Positions 53,970 to 63,634 of a stretch of 64,000 nt of DNA are shown here, one piece after another (positions within the stretch are counted from its first letter, which is position 1; every line of letters begins with the position of its first letter). The notes beneath the pieces were generated by a model that was not told the origin of the DNA, ran no database searches, and saw only the letters and a program-made list of their open reading frames with translations. The position numbers and the translations under genes are program-made. Source of the stretch: an uncultured Gemmatimonadaceae bacterium (GTDB lineage: Bacteria > Gemmatimonadota > Gemmatimonadetes > Gemmatimonadales > Gemmatimonadaceae). The stretch lies in the NCBI GenBank assembly GCA_963829055.1, contig CAWHHI010000003.1, positions 416,001 through 480,000 of the forward strand, read 5' to 3'.

Positions 53970-55205
53970 GTGGCGTTCGGAACTCGCAGACATACGGTAA
54001 CAGTTACTGTTGGCGGCGTGCAAATCGGGTCGCCGCATCCGGTCGTCGTTCAGTCGATGACGAACACGGATACCGCCGACGCGGTGGGCACGGCGGACCA
54101 AGTTGCCGCACTGGCGTCCGCCGGTTCTCAACTGGTCCGCGTGACAGTAAACAACGAGGCCGCAGCAGCCGCGGTTCCGGAAATCGTCGCCCGGTTGGCG
54201 GACCGCGGAATTGATACGCCCGTTATCGGCGACTTTCACTACAACGGCCACCTGCTGCTCACGAAGTATCCCGAGTGTGCGCGCGCGCTGGCGAAGTATC
54301 GAATCAACCCGGGCAATGTCGGGAGCAAGCGGCGAGACGAGAACTTCCGATCCATCGTTACGGTCGCGCTCGAGCACGACAAACCGGTTCGCATCGGTGT
54401 GAACTGGGGATCGCTCGATCAGGATCTGTTGACGACCATGATGGACGCCAACGCCAGCTCACCCGAGCCGCGCGACGCGAAGGACGTCTACATCGAAGCG
54501 ATGATCGAGAGCGCACTTCGCTCCGCAGCGTTGGCGGAGCAGGTCGGGCTTCGCCACGATCGCATTCTGATTTCCGCCAAGGTGTCGACGGTCCAGGACC
54601 TCGTCACCGTCTACCGACGGCTCGGCGCTCGCTGCGACTTTCCGCTCCACCTGGGACTCACCGAGGCCGGACTGGGCACGAAGGGCGTCGTCGCGAGCAC
54701 GGCTGCCCTGTCGATCCTGCTGGCCGAGGGTATCGGTGATACGATCCGCGTGTCACTCACGCCGAGGCCTAACGGCGATCGCACGGAGGAAGTGCTGGTC
54801 GCGCAGCAGATTCTGCAATCGCTCGGTCTGCGCAACTTCACGCCGCAGGTCACCGCGTGCCCCGGCTGCGGACGAACAACGTCCACGTTTTTCCAGCAGA
54901 TGGCGGAGGACATCCAGAACTACCTTCGCGAGCAGATGCCGGTCTGGCGCGCGCAGCACCCGGGCGTCGAGGAGATGCGCGTCGCCGTCATGGGCTGTGT
55001 CGTCAACGGCCCGGGCGAGTCGAAGCACGCGAACATCGGGATCTCACTGCCGGGGACCTTCGAGGAACCCGTGGCGCCCGTGTACGTCGACGGGAAACTC
55101 GCGACCACGCTCCGGGGCGGGTCGATCGTGCCGGAATTTCTGGAGATTCTCGAGCAGTACGTTGCCCGTCGCTACCCGTCGGGCGAACCGGTCGCGGTAG
55201 CCTAA
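53970..55205 (+). CDS. ispG: (E)-4-hydroxy-3-methylbut-2-enyl-diphosphate synthase
   Basis: [50 protein letters not shown]. Confidence 0.97.
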   Translation: MAFGTRRHTVTVTVGGVQIGSPHPVVVQSMTNTDTADAVGTADQVAALASAGSQLVRVTVNNEAAAAAVPEIVARLADRGIDTPVIGDFHYNGHLLLTKYPECARALAKYRINPGNVGSKRRDENFRSIVTVALEHDKPVRIGVNWGSLDQDLLTTMMDANASSPEPRDAKDVYIEAMIESALRSAALAEQVGLRHDRILISAKVSTVQDLVTVYRRLGARCDFPLHLGLTEAGLGTKGVVASTAALSILLAEGIGDTIRVSLTPRPNGDRTEEVLVAQQILQSLGLRNFTPQVTACPGCGRTTSTFFQQMAEDIQNYLREQMPVWRAQHPGVEEMRVAVMGCVVNGPGESKHANIGISLPGTFEEPVAPVYVDGKLATTLRGGSIVPEFLEILEQYVARRYPSGEPVAVA

Positions 55206-55912
55206 CGATTCACACTGCGGTCAGTAGGTTGGGACGGAGGGTAGCGCGTCTGGCTGCTCTCGCGCGCGGTCTCGGCTCCAAGCGGATTGTGCCGTACGTC
55301 GCTTCCCGGTACCCACCCTGCCAGATCGCGCGCGGCGTCATCGAGCTCGCGCATGATCGGCGCATCGAATCCGACGTCGCGTAGCCGATCGTGCACGCGG
55401 CGGTACCAGCGAATCGTAGCCTCGCGCCCTGCGCTGAAACGCCCCCAGACCGTTTCCGGATAGTCGGTGCGCTTGAGGTCCGAGAGGATGGTGCTCGCGT
55501 TATGCACTTTGTCCGCCGCACAGACCCAACAGGCACGAGCACTCGCATCGGATAGCCGCGCGAGGTAATCGTCCTTCCGCTCCTCGGACGACATTTCGGT
55601 GCCGTCGTCGTCGTACTTGCGGCTCGTCACCGCGAGCACGGTGGACAGGACATCGGTGCCGAACTTGTCAGCCACCCGACTCTCCAGCATGTCACGCGTG
55701 TACCCGTCGCGCACACAATCCTCGATCACGTCGTGGAGAATTCCCGCGACCACCGTTTCCTCATCCTGGCCGTATCGCGTCAGGATGATGGCGACGTTCG
55801 CAGGGTGCGTGAGGTAGGGAAGTCGCGTTCCCTTACGCACCTGCTGGTCGTGGTGCTTCGCCGCGAACGCGAGCGCGTGGTTGATGCGGTCCGAGTATCC
55901 GATACTCGTCAT
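55202..55912 (-). CDS. Stand-alone HD-domain hydrolase (SpoT/MESH1-like)
   Basis: [27 protein letters not shown]. Confidence 0.8.
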   Translation of the reverse strand: MTSIGYSDRINHALAFAAKHHDQQVRKGTRLPYLTHPANVAIILTRYGQDEETVVAGILHDVIEDCVRDGYTRDMLESRVADKFGTDVLSTVLAVTSRKYDDDGTEMSSEERKDDYLARLSDASARACWVCAADKVHNASTILSDLKRTDYPETVWGRFSAGREATIRWYRRVHDRLRDVGFDAPIMRELDDAARDLAGWVPGSDVRHNPLGAETARESSQTRYPPSQPTDRSVNR

Positions 55913-56006
55913 GGCGGCGCCCCGTGGGCGAAAGAACTTCGAACGCGCGGATGGTTAACATAGCGCGCAGCCATGGCCTTGGGCAGACGCCCGCGGTCCG
56001 TGGTCG

Positions 56007-56441
56007 CTAGATCAATCGCGCAATAATCCCTGCAAATGTGAGATCGAGCACAAGGAGCCCCAGGCCTTGTACAATGATGCCGAGTCCGGCACCGATCCCG
56101 TTCAGTTTCCGGTTGGACATCCGTGCCGCGACGAGAGCCGCCACGCCCACTCCGACGATTCCAACGTCCAGCCCCACGGCGAACCACGTGAGTCGATCGA
56201 GACGGGTGGCCGCTGACACGTCGCGCATCGAGAGCGACTGCCAGCGTGCGGCCGCGACGATGAGCTCCGCCGAGCCCCATGCGAGCGTCTGAATCGCGAA
56301 TGCCAGAATGATCGGCGCGGCGACTCGGCGAAGCGTGAGGATGCTGACGACAGCGCTGCCGAGCACGGCGCACGTCACAGCCCAGAGCACGACGCGAATG
56401 AGGTGGCTCCGCTCAGCAGCCAACAACGTGTCAGACCACAT
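56007..56441 (-). CDS. Hypothetical membrane protein with about four TM segments
   Basis: Four hydrophobic segments; lies in a minus-strand gene run. Confidence 0.65.
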   Translation of the reverse strand: MWSDTLLAAERSHLIRVVLWAVTCAVLGSAVVSILTLRRVAAPIILAFAIQTLAWGSAELIVAAARWQSLSMRDVSAATRLDRLTWFAVGLDVGIVGVGVAALVAARMSNRKLNGIGAGLGIIVQGLGLLVLDLTFAGIIARLI

Positions 56442-56447
56442 CGCGTC

Positions 56448-58188
56448 TCAACGGTCCGAAGCGATGAGGCTCGCGTCGGTCGCGGCACGGTCGTTCGCGA
56501 ACCAACTCTCGAAGATCCACGGGGGATCGAGACTCGGAGCATCGGCAGCCCACAGCACGATGCCGATGATCTGCGCGCCGTTGTCGCGCAGGGACGCCAC
56601 GGCCGCGCGCAACGTGCTCACGAGCGAATGAGCGACGTGTGCGCAAACCAGCACCGCGGGTGCCACCCGCACATTGTTCGCCTGTCCGAATGACGACACG
56701 ATGACGGTGAGCTCATAGTGGCGTGCCGCGCGAACGATGGCGTCTCGCAGCACCTGTGCCTCGCGCGTAGCAATCGGACCGCGCTGGTCTCTGCCGCTCG
56801 GCACAACGTCGAGCAACCGGTCGCGACCGACCAACGCCTGAAGCGCGACCCGCGAGAGATCGCCGCCACCACTCAATAATCCCGCGATGCCGTCCGCCGG
56901 CGGCAGTCGAAGCACCGACGTGACGGGTTGGTTCTCGAGATCAGCATCGACGAGGAGCGTACTGCGCATTTCGTTTGCCGAGACCGCCGCAATGTTGGCC
57001 GCGATGGTCGCGGTGACCGATGAAACGTCGCCCGTGATCATCACCACCGCGCGGGACGATCCGACGACGCTCGCGTGTGATGCGAGTAGTCGGTATGCGT
57101 CGGACGTCGGGTCGATGAGTGGCGGCAACCGAAGGTCGGCCTTTCGCCTCGCGCGCTCGGGGGGAATCTCACGCGGCCGCACGACGGCGAGCACGCGCGC
57201 GCCCGTCACGCGCTCGGCTTCCTGAAGGTCAGAGACCCGTGGCCTCGAGATCTCGATCATCAAGGCGGCGGCGAATCCGAGCGTCAGACCGAGCACGAGC
57301 GCGGCAGCGAGGATCGCGATAGGAGGCGCGACGACGTTCGCTTGCGCACGTGCTTCCCGAAGCTGGCGGTCGGTCATGACGTTGGCGCGCCGCGCGACGT
57401 CGAGAGCTGAGATCGCGGAGTCGCGTCGCGCTAGCTCCGCATCGCGCCGCTGCAACGGGCCGAGCGTGTCCACCGCAACGACGACGGGTGCGCTCACCAC
57501 GGCGGGGCGTAAGCGCGCCAGCGAATCACGGAGGCTGCTCTGCCGCGATTCAGCGACGGCTTGTATCGACCTTCCCATCGCGGTCGCGCGAGCCGTCAGC
57601 GCAACGAAGATAGGATCGACGCCACCCCCGGCTCCGAACTCCTCGCGTTCGCGCTCGACGTCCGCGAGTGAATCCAGCAACGACGCGTACTCGAGGATCG
57701 TCGCGTATCGCCGGACTTTCGCCGAGTGCCCGGTACGATTGCGGAAGGGGAGAGTTCTCCACTCGGTCGAGCAGGCGCGCAAGATCGGCGCTCGCGGCGG
57801 CGATCGCATTGCGCTTCGCGACCATGTCCGTCGACAGCGTATCGGGTCGCGGAACAAGGACGGGACGGGACGCGAGCGCGCGCCGCACGGCGACAGTCGA
57901 TTCCGCGACCGCCAAGGCATGCGCTGTTGAGTCGACCGATCGCAGTAAAGGGACTGTGTCGCGCCAGCGTGTGGAGAGGGGTGCGATCTCGCGAGAGGCG
58001 CGCCGCGCGTCACGCGGCGCAAGTACCAGCAGCACGAGGGCACCCGTGAACAGCGTACCGGAGATCGCCGCGAGGCGTACAGGATGCCGCAGCGTGTTTC
58101 TCGTTCGCGCCGCGACCCATGCCGCACGCATTTCGGCGCGACGTCGGCGAGTGTAACGCGGTGCAGCTCCGGTGATCGTGTCGACCAT
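56448..58188 (-). CDS. Wzc/chain-length-determinant-like membrane protein with degenerate ATPase domain (frameshift near 57690)
   Basis: TM, coiled coil, TM; AERVTGARVLAVV, SDAYRLLA, TLLVDADL; no intact Walker A. Confidence 0.65.
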
Positions 58189-58215
58189 GCGTTGGCGATA
58201 ATCGGAGGGGCGCGT

Positions 58216-59175
58216 TCAGCGCGCAAGCCGCGCGTGGGCGGATGTCGTTGGCCCTGAACTATCGGTCGTCGGTAGTCGCGAGCGAAGTGCCTCACGCAGG
58301 CTGACGATCGCGTCGTCCTTCGCTTTCGCCTCGATGTCGACGGTGATGTCGCGGTCCAACCAGGTTGGAGGGAAATCGTCGGGATCGATGTAATCCGCGT
58401 GCGGCCGCGGGTTCGATGCGTTCGCGCCGTCCCGGGAGGTGGAGACGTGCATCCAAGGCTCGCGTCCACACCAGGATTCAGTCGCGAGATCAGTCGCGGT
58501 CTCTACGTCGAGTCCGTCCGGGTTGCAGCGATGATGGTGTACGTCGTACACGAGCGGCACGCCGGACCGCATGCAGAGCGGGTGAAGGTCGTGCACCGTG
58601 AACAGGCGGTCGTCGTTCTCGAGCGCGAGTCGGGACCGCGCGTCGGAGGAGAGCCGCTCCATATTCCGCTCCAGCCGCGCGAGCGCAGCGGTTTTCCCGT
58701 CCGTCATGCCGCCGACGTGGAGCGTGATCGTATCTGCGCCGACGATGCTCGCCACCGTTGCCTGTGCGTCGAGCTCGCGGATGGAGGAGATCACGACTTC
58801 ATCGCGGGTCGAGTTCAGGACCACGAACTGGTCGGGATGAAAGCTCAGGCGAATGCCGAGCGCTCTGGCGAGCGCACCGGCGGCGACAAACGAGCGGGTG
58901 ATAGTACCGTCGTCATCCAGAGACTGAAGCGTGTATCCACTTACTGGATGTGTAATGAGCGGCAGGATCTGGCTGTTGATGCGAAAGGCGCCGATCTCGA
59001 GCTCGGCACAGCGCGCGACGGCGTGCGCCAGGGCGATGGTGTTCGAGCGCGCGATGTCACGCAGATACGAGAGCCGAGCAGGTGGCTCCAGCGTCGCGAC
59101 GTAGCGGTGGGTCGCCTGGCGGAAGCGCACGCCGCCGTCGGCGAATTGACAACACAGTCCCCAACGAATTCCCAC
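58216..59175 (-). CDS. uvsE: UV DNA damage endonuclease
   Basis: FRINSQILP, RLSFHPDQF, LALENDD, YDVHHH, HADYI, IEAKAKD. Confidence 0.93.
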   Translation of the reverse strand: MGIRWGLCCQFADGGVRFRQATHRYVATLEPPARLSYLRDIARSNTIALAHAVARCAELEIGAFRINSQILPLITHPVSGYTLQSLDDDGTITRSFVAAGALARALGIRLSFHPDQFVVLNSTRDEVVISSIRELDAQATVASIVGADTITLHVGGMTDGKTAALARLERNMERLSSDARSRLALENDDRLFTVHDLHPLCMRSGVPLVYDVHHHRCNPDGLDVETATDLATESWCGREPWMHVSTSRDGANASNPRPHADYIDPDDFPPTWLDRDITVDIEAKAKDDAIVSLREALRSRLPTTDSSGPTTSAHARLAR

Positions 59176-59325
59176 AGTCCGGCTCCGATGCGGCTCACAT
59201 TTTCGGCGCGACGCGCTGTATGAGCATGCGCGGTGCCCGCCGTGCCTAACGTTCGCACCGAGACGGCATCGACGTGCTGCTCTGCCGCGTTATGCGCTGT
59301 TATGCGCTCATGAGTGGCAAGCAAA

Positions 59326-59357
59326 CGGGGCGAGGACGCAGTAGCGTCCTCGCCCCG
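59326..59357 (-). terminator. Intrinsic terminator of the blue-copper gene
   Basis: cggggcgaggacgc / gcgtcctcgccccg followed by TTTGCTT on the minus strand. Confidence 0.65.
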
Positions 59358-59426
59358 GAAATCATGCTGACATCTAACCCTCGTACCAACTCGACGCAGA
59401 GCGCCGAGGTGATCGAGGTCGCTGAA

Positions 59427-59939
59427 CTACTGAACCGTGATCGTGCCCTTCATGCCCATCGCGAGGTGCGGCGTGCAGTGGTACGGGTACTGACCAGGCT
59501 TCACATTCGCGAACGAGATGGTGTACGACTCGTTCGGGTTCATGAACAGCGGGCTCGAGAGCTCAGCCTGCTGGTTCGGCATGTTCGCCATCAGCTGCGG
59601 CTTGACGTCGGCCGGGATGGTGGCCGGATCAAACGCGACGTTGTGTGGGCCGCCGGAGACCATGATGAACTTGATGCCGTCGCCCGCCTTGACCGTGATG
59701 TCGGCCGGGTCGAAGCGATAGCCCTTGTCATCGCCGATCATCTTCACTTCGTGCGTCTTGCCCGTGATCGCCGCGGCCGTGCCACCGCCTGCTGCCGGCG
59801 TCGTTGCAGCCGATGCTGCCGTGTCGGTCGTGGCCGGTGCGGGTGTAGCGGTCGTAGTATCCGTTGCCTTCTCGCCACCACCGCCGCACGCACCGAGGGC
59901 GATCGCGCTGCTCACAACCATAAATCCGAGAAACCGCAT
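59427..59939 (-). CDS. Plastocyanin/azurin-family blue copper lipoprotein
   Basis: LGAC lipobox, Thr/Ala linker, PHNVAF, YHCTPHLAMGMKG. Confidence 0.92.
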   Translation of the reverse strand: MRFLGFMVVSSAIALGACGGGGEKATDTTTATPAPATTDTAASAATTPAAGGGTAAAITGKTHEVKMIGDDKGYRFDPADITVKAGDGIKFIMVSGGPHNVAFDPATIPADVKPQLMANMPNQQAELSSPLFMNPNESYTISFANVKPGQYPYHCTPHLAMGMKGTITVQ

Positions 59940-60016
59940 TTCCTGAGGCCTCCAGAGCCGTACTAAATAGCTACGTTTGAATGAAGCCGAGACCTCCAAT
60001 GGGTGGTCTCAGAGCA

Positions 60017-60034
60017 TTGTGAATTTATTCACAT
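60017..60034. promoter_or_regulatory. Rex-type or CRP-type palindromic operator
   Basis: TTGTGAA-TTTA-TTCACAT, about 80 bp upstream of the blue-copper gene. Confidence 0.65.
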
Positions 60035-60152
60035 GGCTCCGGGAACGCAAATCGAGGGCCGGCGACGACGAATCACATGGGGGTACTCGGTGCACCCTTC
60101 ATACCGGCATCCGCATTGACGCCGTGTTCATCGCCCCATTACGTTCCGGCCC

Positions 60153-60224
60153 ATGATCGCCGCCTCGGTCCATCACCACACGCACCACAGCCACGTCCTT
60201 CGGGCCGAGGCCGTTTGCGTGTGA
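60153..60224 (+). CDS. hisL: his operon leader peptide MIAASVHHHTHHSHVLRAEAVCV
   Basis: Six His codons within 8 positions, directly upstream of a terminator and hisG. Confidence 0.85.
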   Translation: MIAASVHHHTHHSHVLRAEAVCV

Positions 60225-60267
60225 GCGGATGAAGCACTGATCGATCCGCCCTGTACGCTGAACGCCG

Positions 60268-60299
60268 CGGCCCGTCCACACGACGGGCCGTTTTTGTTT
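60268..60299 (+). terminator. his attenuator terminator
   Basis: cggcccgtc-cacac-gacgggccg followed by TTTTTGTTT. Confidence 0.85.
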
Positions 60300-60339
60300 C
60301 TCCGATACCCCTCTCGATGCGTCATAACCGACCGCAGCC

Positions 60340-61206
60340 ATGCTGAGGATCGCACTACCCAACAAGGGTCGTCTCGCAGAAGACACGCGTGATCTGTTCG
60401 AAGACGCAGGCCTCGCCGTGCGCGCTCGTGGCGAGCGGGCACTGACTGCGTCGCTGGGCGGCGAGTACGAGGCGATCTTCGTCCGCGCTCAGGATATTCC
60501 GGAGTTCGTCGCCGACGGCGCCGCCGACGCCGGTATCACCGGGTGGGACCTCGTGTGCGAATCGGAGCGCGAGCTCGACGTGCGGCTCGATCTCGAGTTC
60601 GGCCGTTGCCGGCTGGTCGTAGCGGCGCGCGAGGACAGCGGTATCGAGCGACTCGATCAGATCGTGAGCGGCCGGGTGGCTACGGTCTTTCCCCGCGTGA
60701 CGCGTCGCTTCTTCGATCGACCAGGGTGCCGCGTCGAGGTGGTCCCGGTGTCTGGTGCGGCGGAAATCGCTCCGCACCTGGGTATCGCCGACATCGTCGT
60801 CGACCTCACTTCGACGGGCTCGACTCTAAAGGTGAACGGGCTCCGCGAAGTCGCGACGGTGCTCGAGTCTTCGGCACGCCTGGTCACGCGGATGTCCGGC
60901 ACCGCACCGGCCGACTCGACGAAGCGCCGCGCGTTCGACGAACTGGCAGCCGCGCTCGAGAGTGTGTTGCGTGCACGAGGCCAGCGCTACGTCATGGCGA
61001 ACGTGCCACGCGCCGCGCTCGACCGGGTAAAGGAAGTCCTGCCAGGGCTGAACGGGCCGACGGTCATCGACATCATGAACGGCGGCGAGCACGTGGCGGT
61101 TCACGCGGTCGTGCCGGCGGCGGCCATCTTCCGCACGATCGCCCAACTGAAGGCGTTAGGCGGCGCAGGAATTCTCGTCACGCGCATCGAGAGGCTCATG
61201 CCATGA
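60340..61206 (+). CDS. hisG: ATP phosphoribosyltransferase (long form)
   Basis: LRIALPNKGRL, RAQDIP, DLTSTGSTL. Confidence 0.96.
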   Translation: MLRIALPNKGRLAEDTRDLFEDAGLAVRARGERALTASLGGEYEAIFVRAQDIPEFVADGAADAGITGWDLVCESERELDVRLDLEFGRCRLVVAAREDSGIERLDQIVSGRVATVFPRVTRRFFDRPGCRVEVVPVSGAAEIAPHLGIADIVVDLTSTGSTLKVNGLREVATVLESSARLVTRMSGTAPADSTKRRAFDELAAALESVLRARGQRYVMANVPRAALDRVKEVLPGLNGPTVIDIMNGGEHVAVHAVVPAAAIFRTIAQLKALGGAGILVTRIERLMP

Positions 61207-62519
61207 CCGGAGTAGGTACAGCAGTACGCATTCGATTCCGTGGACCTGTCGCGGCGCTGAGCGCGACCGAGCGATTACGGCTCATCGACCGAGTCCCGGA
61301 GTCCGACGACATCGTGCGCACGACCAGTGAGGCGATCATCGACGTCGTCCGTCGTGAAGGCGATGCCGCGCTGGTGGCGCTCGCGCGAGACTACGACAAG
61401 GTGCGTCTCAAGTCGTTGGAAGTACCGCGCGAGACGTGGCGCGAGGCGCTGCAGGCGCTCGAGCCGGCCGTCAGAGCCGCTATGGAACGAGCCGCCGCGA
61501 ACATTCGCGCCGTGCATACCGCGATGGTGCCGCAGAGCCTGGAAACGAATCCGGAGCCGGGTGTCACCATTGGCCGACGGCCCGATCCGCTGCAGCGCGT
61601 TGGCGTGTACGCGCCCGGTGGGCGCGCCGCGTATCCGAGTAGTGTGTTGATGGGCGTCATCCCGGCGCGCGTGGCAGGCGTCGGCGACGTCATCATCTGC
61701 GCTCCGCCAGGCGCGAACGGGCTGCCCGCCGCGGTCACGCTCGCCGCGGCCGAGCTATCGGGTGCGGATAGAGTGTTTGCGGTGGGTGGTGCAGGGGCGA
61801 TCGCGGCGATGGCCTACGGCACGGAGACGATCCCTCGCGTAGACCGAATCGTCGGCCCGGGTAACGCCTACGTCGCCCAGGCGAAGCTGCTCGTCGCGAG
61901 TGCCGTCGCCATCGACGCACCCGCGGGTCCGAGTGAGCTTCTCGTGATCGCCGACGAGGACGCGAATCCCACGCGCATCGCGATCGAGCTCCTCGCCCAG
62001 GCGGAGCACGACCCGGACGCGGCGGTGGTGTTGGTCGCAGTCGGAGAGACGATCGCCGATCGAGTCGTCGCGGAGATCGAGCGCCATCTGCCGGTGCAGG
62101 CGCGGCGCACGATCATCGAGCAGGCGTTCGCCGATCGCGGCGCGGTGCTCACGGCGCCTACAACAAAGGATGCCGTGATCTTCGCGAACGAGTTCGCACC
62201 CGAACATCTCCTGCTCGCCACCCGCGATGCCGACGCACTGCTCGCCGACGTCCGCTCGGCTGGTACCGTGTTCGTGGGCGAGGCGAGCTCCGTCGTCTTC
62301 GGTGACTATATGACGGGCGCCAACCACGTTCTTCCGACTGGCGGACTCGCGCGGTCCTACTCGGGATTGAGTACGCTCGACTTCGTGCGGTGGACGACGT
62401 ACCAGCGTATAGACCGTGAGGCGGCCGCTCGCCTGTCCCAGGATGTCGGCGTGTTCGCTGACGCAGAGCAGTTGCCGGCACACGCGGCCGCAGCCCGCGC
62501 ATGGAGGCCGTCAGCGTGA
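61203..62519 (+). CDS. hisD: Histidinol dehydrogenase
   Basis: GVYAPGG, GPGNAYV, AGPSE, QAEHD, APEHL, NHVLPT. Confidence 0.96.
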   Translation: MTGVGTAVRIRFRGPVAALSATERLRLIDRVPESDDIVRTTSEAIIDVVRREGDAALVALARDYDKVRLKSLEVPRETWREALQALEPAVRAAMERAAANIRAVHTAMVPQSLETNPEPGVTIGRRPDPLQRVGVYAPGGRAAYPSSVLMGVIPARVAGVGDVIICAPPGANGLPAAVTLAAAELSGADRVFAVGGAGAIAAMAYGTETIPRVDRIVGPGNAYVAQAKLLVASAVAIDAPAGPSELLVIADEDANPTRIAIELLAQAEHDPDAAVVLVAVGETIADRVVAEIERHLPVQARRTIIEQAFADRGAVLTAPTTKDAVIFANEFAPEHLLLATRDADALLADVRSAGTVFVGEASSVVFGDYMTGANHVLPTGGLARSYSGLSTLDFVRWTTYQRIDREAAARLSQDVGVFADAEQLPAHAAAARAWRPSA

Positions 62520-63634
62520 CGCGGTCGAACTCCAGCTCCGTGGTCAGCGAGTCGCTGCAGCTGGCGCGTGCGACGATCCGCGACATCGTGCCCTATCCGA
62601 CTGAGCGCACGCCGTGTGAAGCGGACCTCAGCGATAACACGAATCTGTTCGGAGCGCCGCCGGCAGCGTTGCGCGAGCTTGCGAACAGCGGCCACGAGGA
62701 CATCACGCGCTACCCGGGGCTGCACACGCGGCAGCTTCGCGATGCGTTGGCGGAATACGCGGGCGTGCGTCCCGAACAAGTTGTCACCGGATGCGGGTCG
62801 GACGACGTGATCGATTCCGCCGTGCGCGCGTTCGCGGAGCCCGGCGAGTTGCTCGCGTACTCGGACCCGACGTTCAGCATGATCCCGGTGTTCGCGAAAG
62901 TGAACGGGCTCGTGCCGACGCCCGTGTCGTTCACGTCGTCACTCGACATCGACCCCGATGCGTTGTTGGCGACGAACGCGCGGGTGATCTACATCTGCTC
63001 GCCTAACAACCCCACCGGTACCCTACCGAGTCGTGAAGCGGTAGATCGAGTGATCGAGCGCGCGCCGGGCATCGTGATTCTCGACGAGGCATACGGCGAG
63101 TTCACGGATGCCGGACGAATCGCCGAGGGGCCCGCACACGAGCGACTGCTCGTCACGCGCACGTTATCGAAGGCGTTCGGGATGGCGGGCTTCCGCATTG
63201 GCTACGGCACCGGCGCGGCGTCGCTGATCAAGGACATCGAGCGCGTGCGCGGCCCGTACAAGGAAAACGCCCCCGGTGAACGCGCGGCGGCCGCTGCGCT
63301 CCGGGAGGACGTCGGCTGGATGCGCGACATGGCCGCGTTGGCGGTCGACAATCGAGAACGGCTCGCGGCAGCACTTCGTGCGCACGGGTTTCAGCCCTAT
63401 CCGTCGGCGGCCAACTTCATCCTCGTACCCGTACAGCACGCCGCGAAGGTCGCGCTACTCATGCGTCAACGGGGCGTTGCGGTTCGCCCCTATCTCGGAC
63501 TGCGGGGCATCGGGGATACGTTGCGCATAACGATCGGGCCGTGGCCGATGATGGAGCTCGCACTCAAGGCGCTCGTCGTCGCGCGGGACACCGTTGATCG
63601 CGGATCGAACGTCGCCGCGAACGCAACGACATGA
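62516..63634 (+). CDS. hisC: Histidinol-phosphate aminotransferase
   Basis: CSPNNPTG, DEAYGEF, RTLSKAFGMAGFRIGY. Confidence 0.94.
   Translation: MTRSNSSSVVSESLQLARATIRDIVPYPTERTPCEADLSDNTNLFGAPPAALRELANSGHEDITRYPGLHTRQLRDALAEYAGVRPEQVVTGCGSDDVIDSAVRAFAEPGELLAYSDPTFSMIPVFAKVNGLVPTPVSFTSSLDIDPDALLATNARVIYICSPNNPTGTLPSREAVDRVIERAPGIVILDEAYGEFTDAGRIAEGPAHERLLVTRTLSKAFGMAGFRIGYGTGAASLIKDIERVRGPYKENAPGERAAAAALREDVGWMRDMAALAVDNRERLAAALRAHGFQPYPSAANFILVPVQHAAKVALLMRQRGVAVRPYLGLRGIGDTLRITIGPWPMMELALKALVVARDTVDRGSNVAANATT

Noticed and set aside
10600..57700. Programmed ribosomal frameshifting or true pseudogenes as the cause of split genes
   Set aside because: No shared slippery motif was evident, unrelated housekeeping genes are affected, and there is no other decay; assembly error is more parsimonious but unverified
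60543..62519. 658-aa extended HisD; likewise extended ArgB (46438..47913) and ArgR (47322..48740)
   Set aside because: The extensions overlap neighbouring genes in other frames; family motifs begin at the downstream starts
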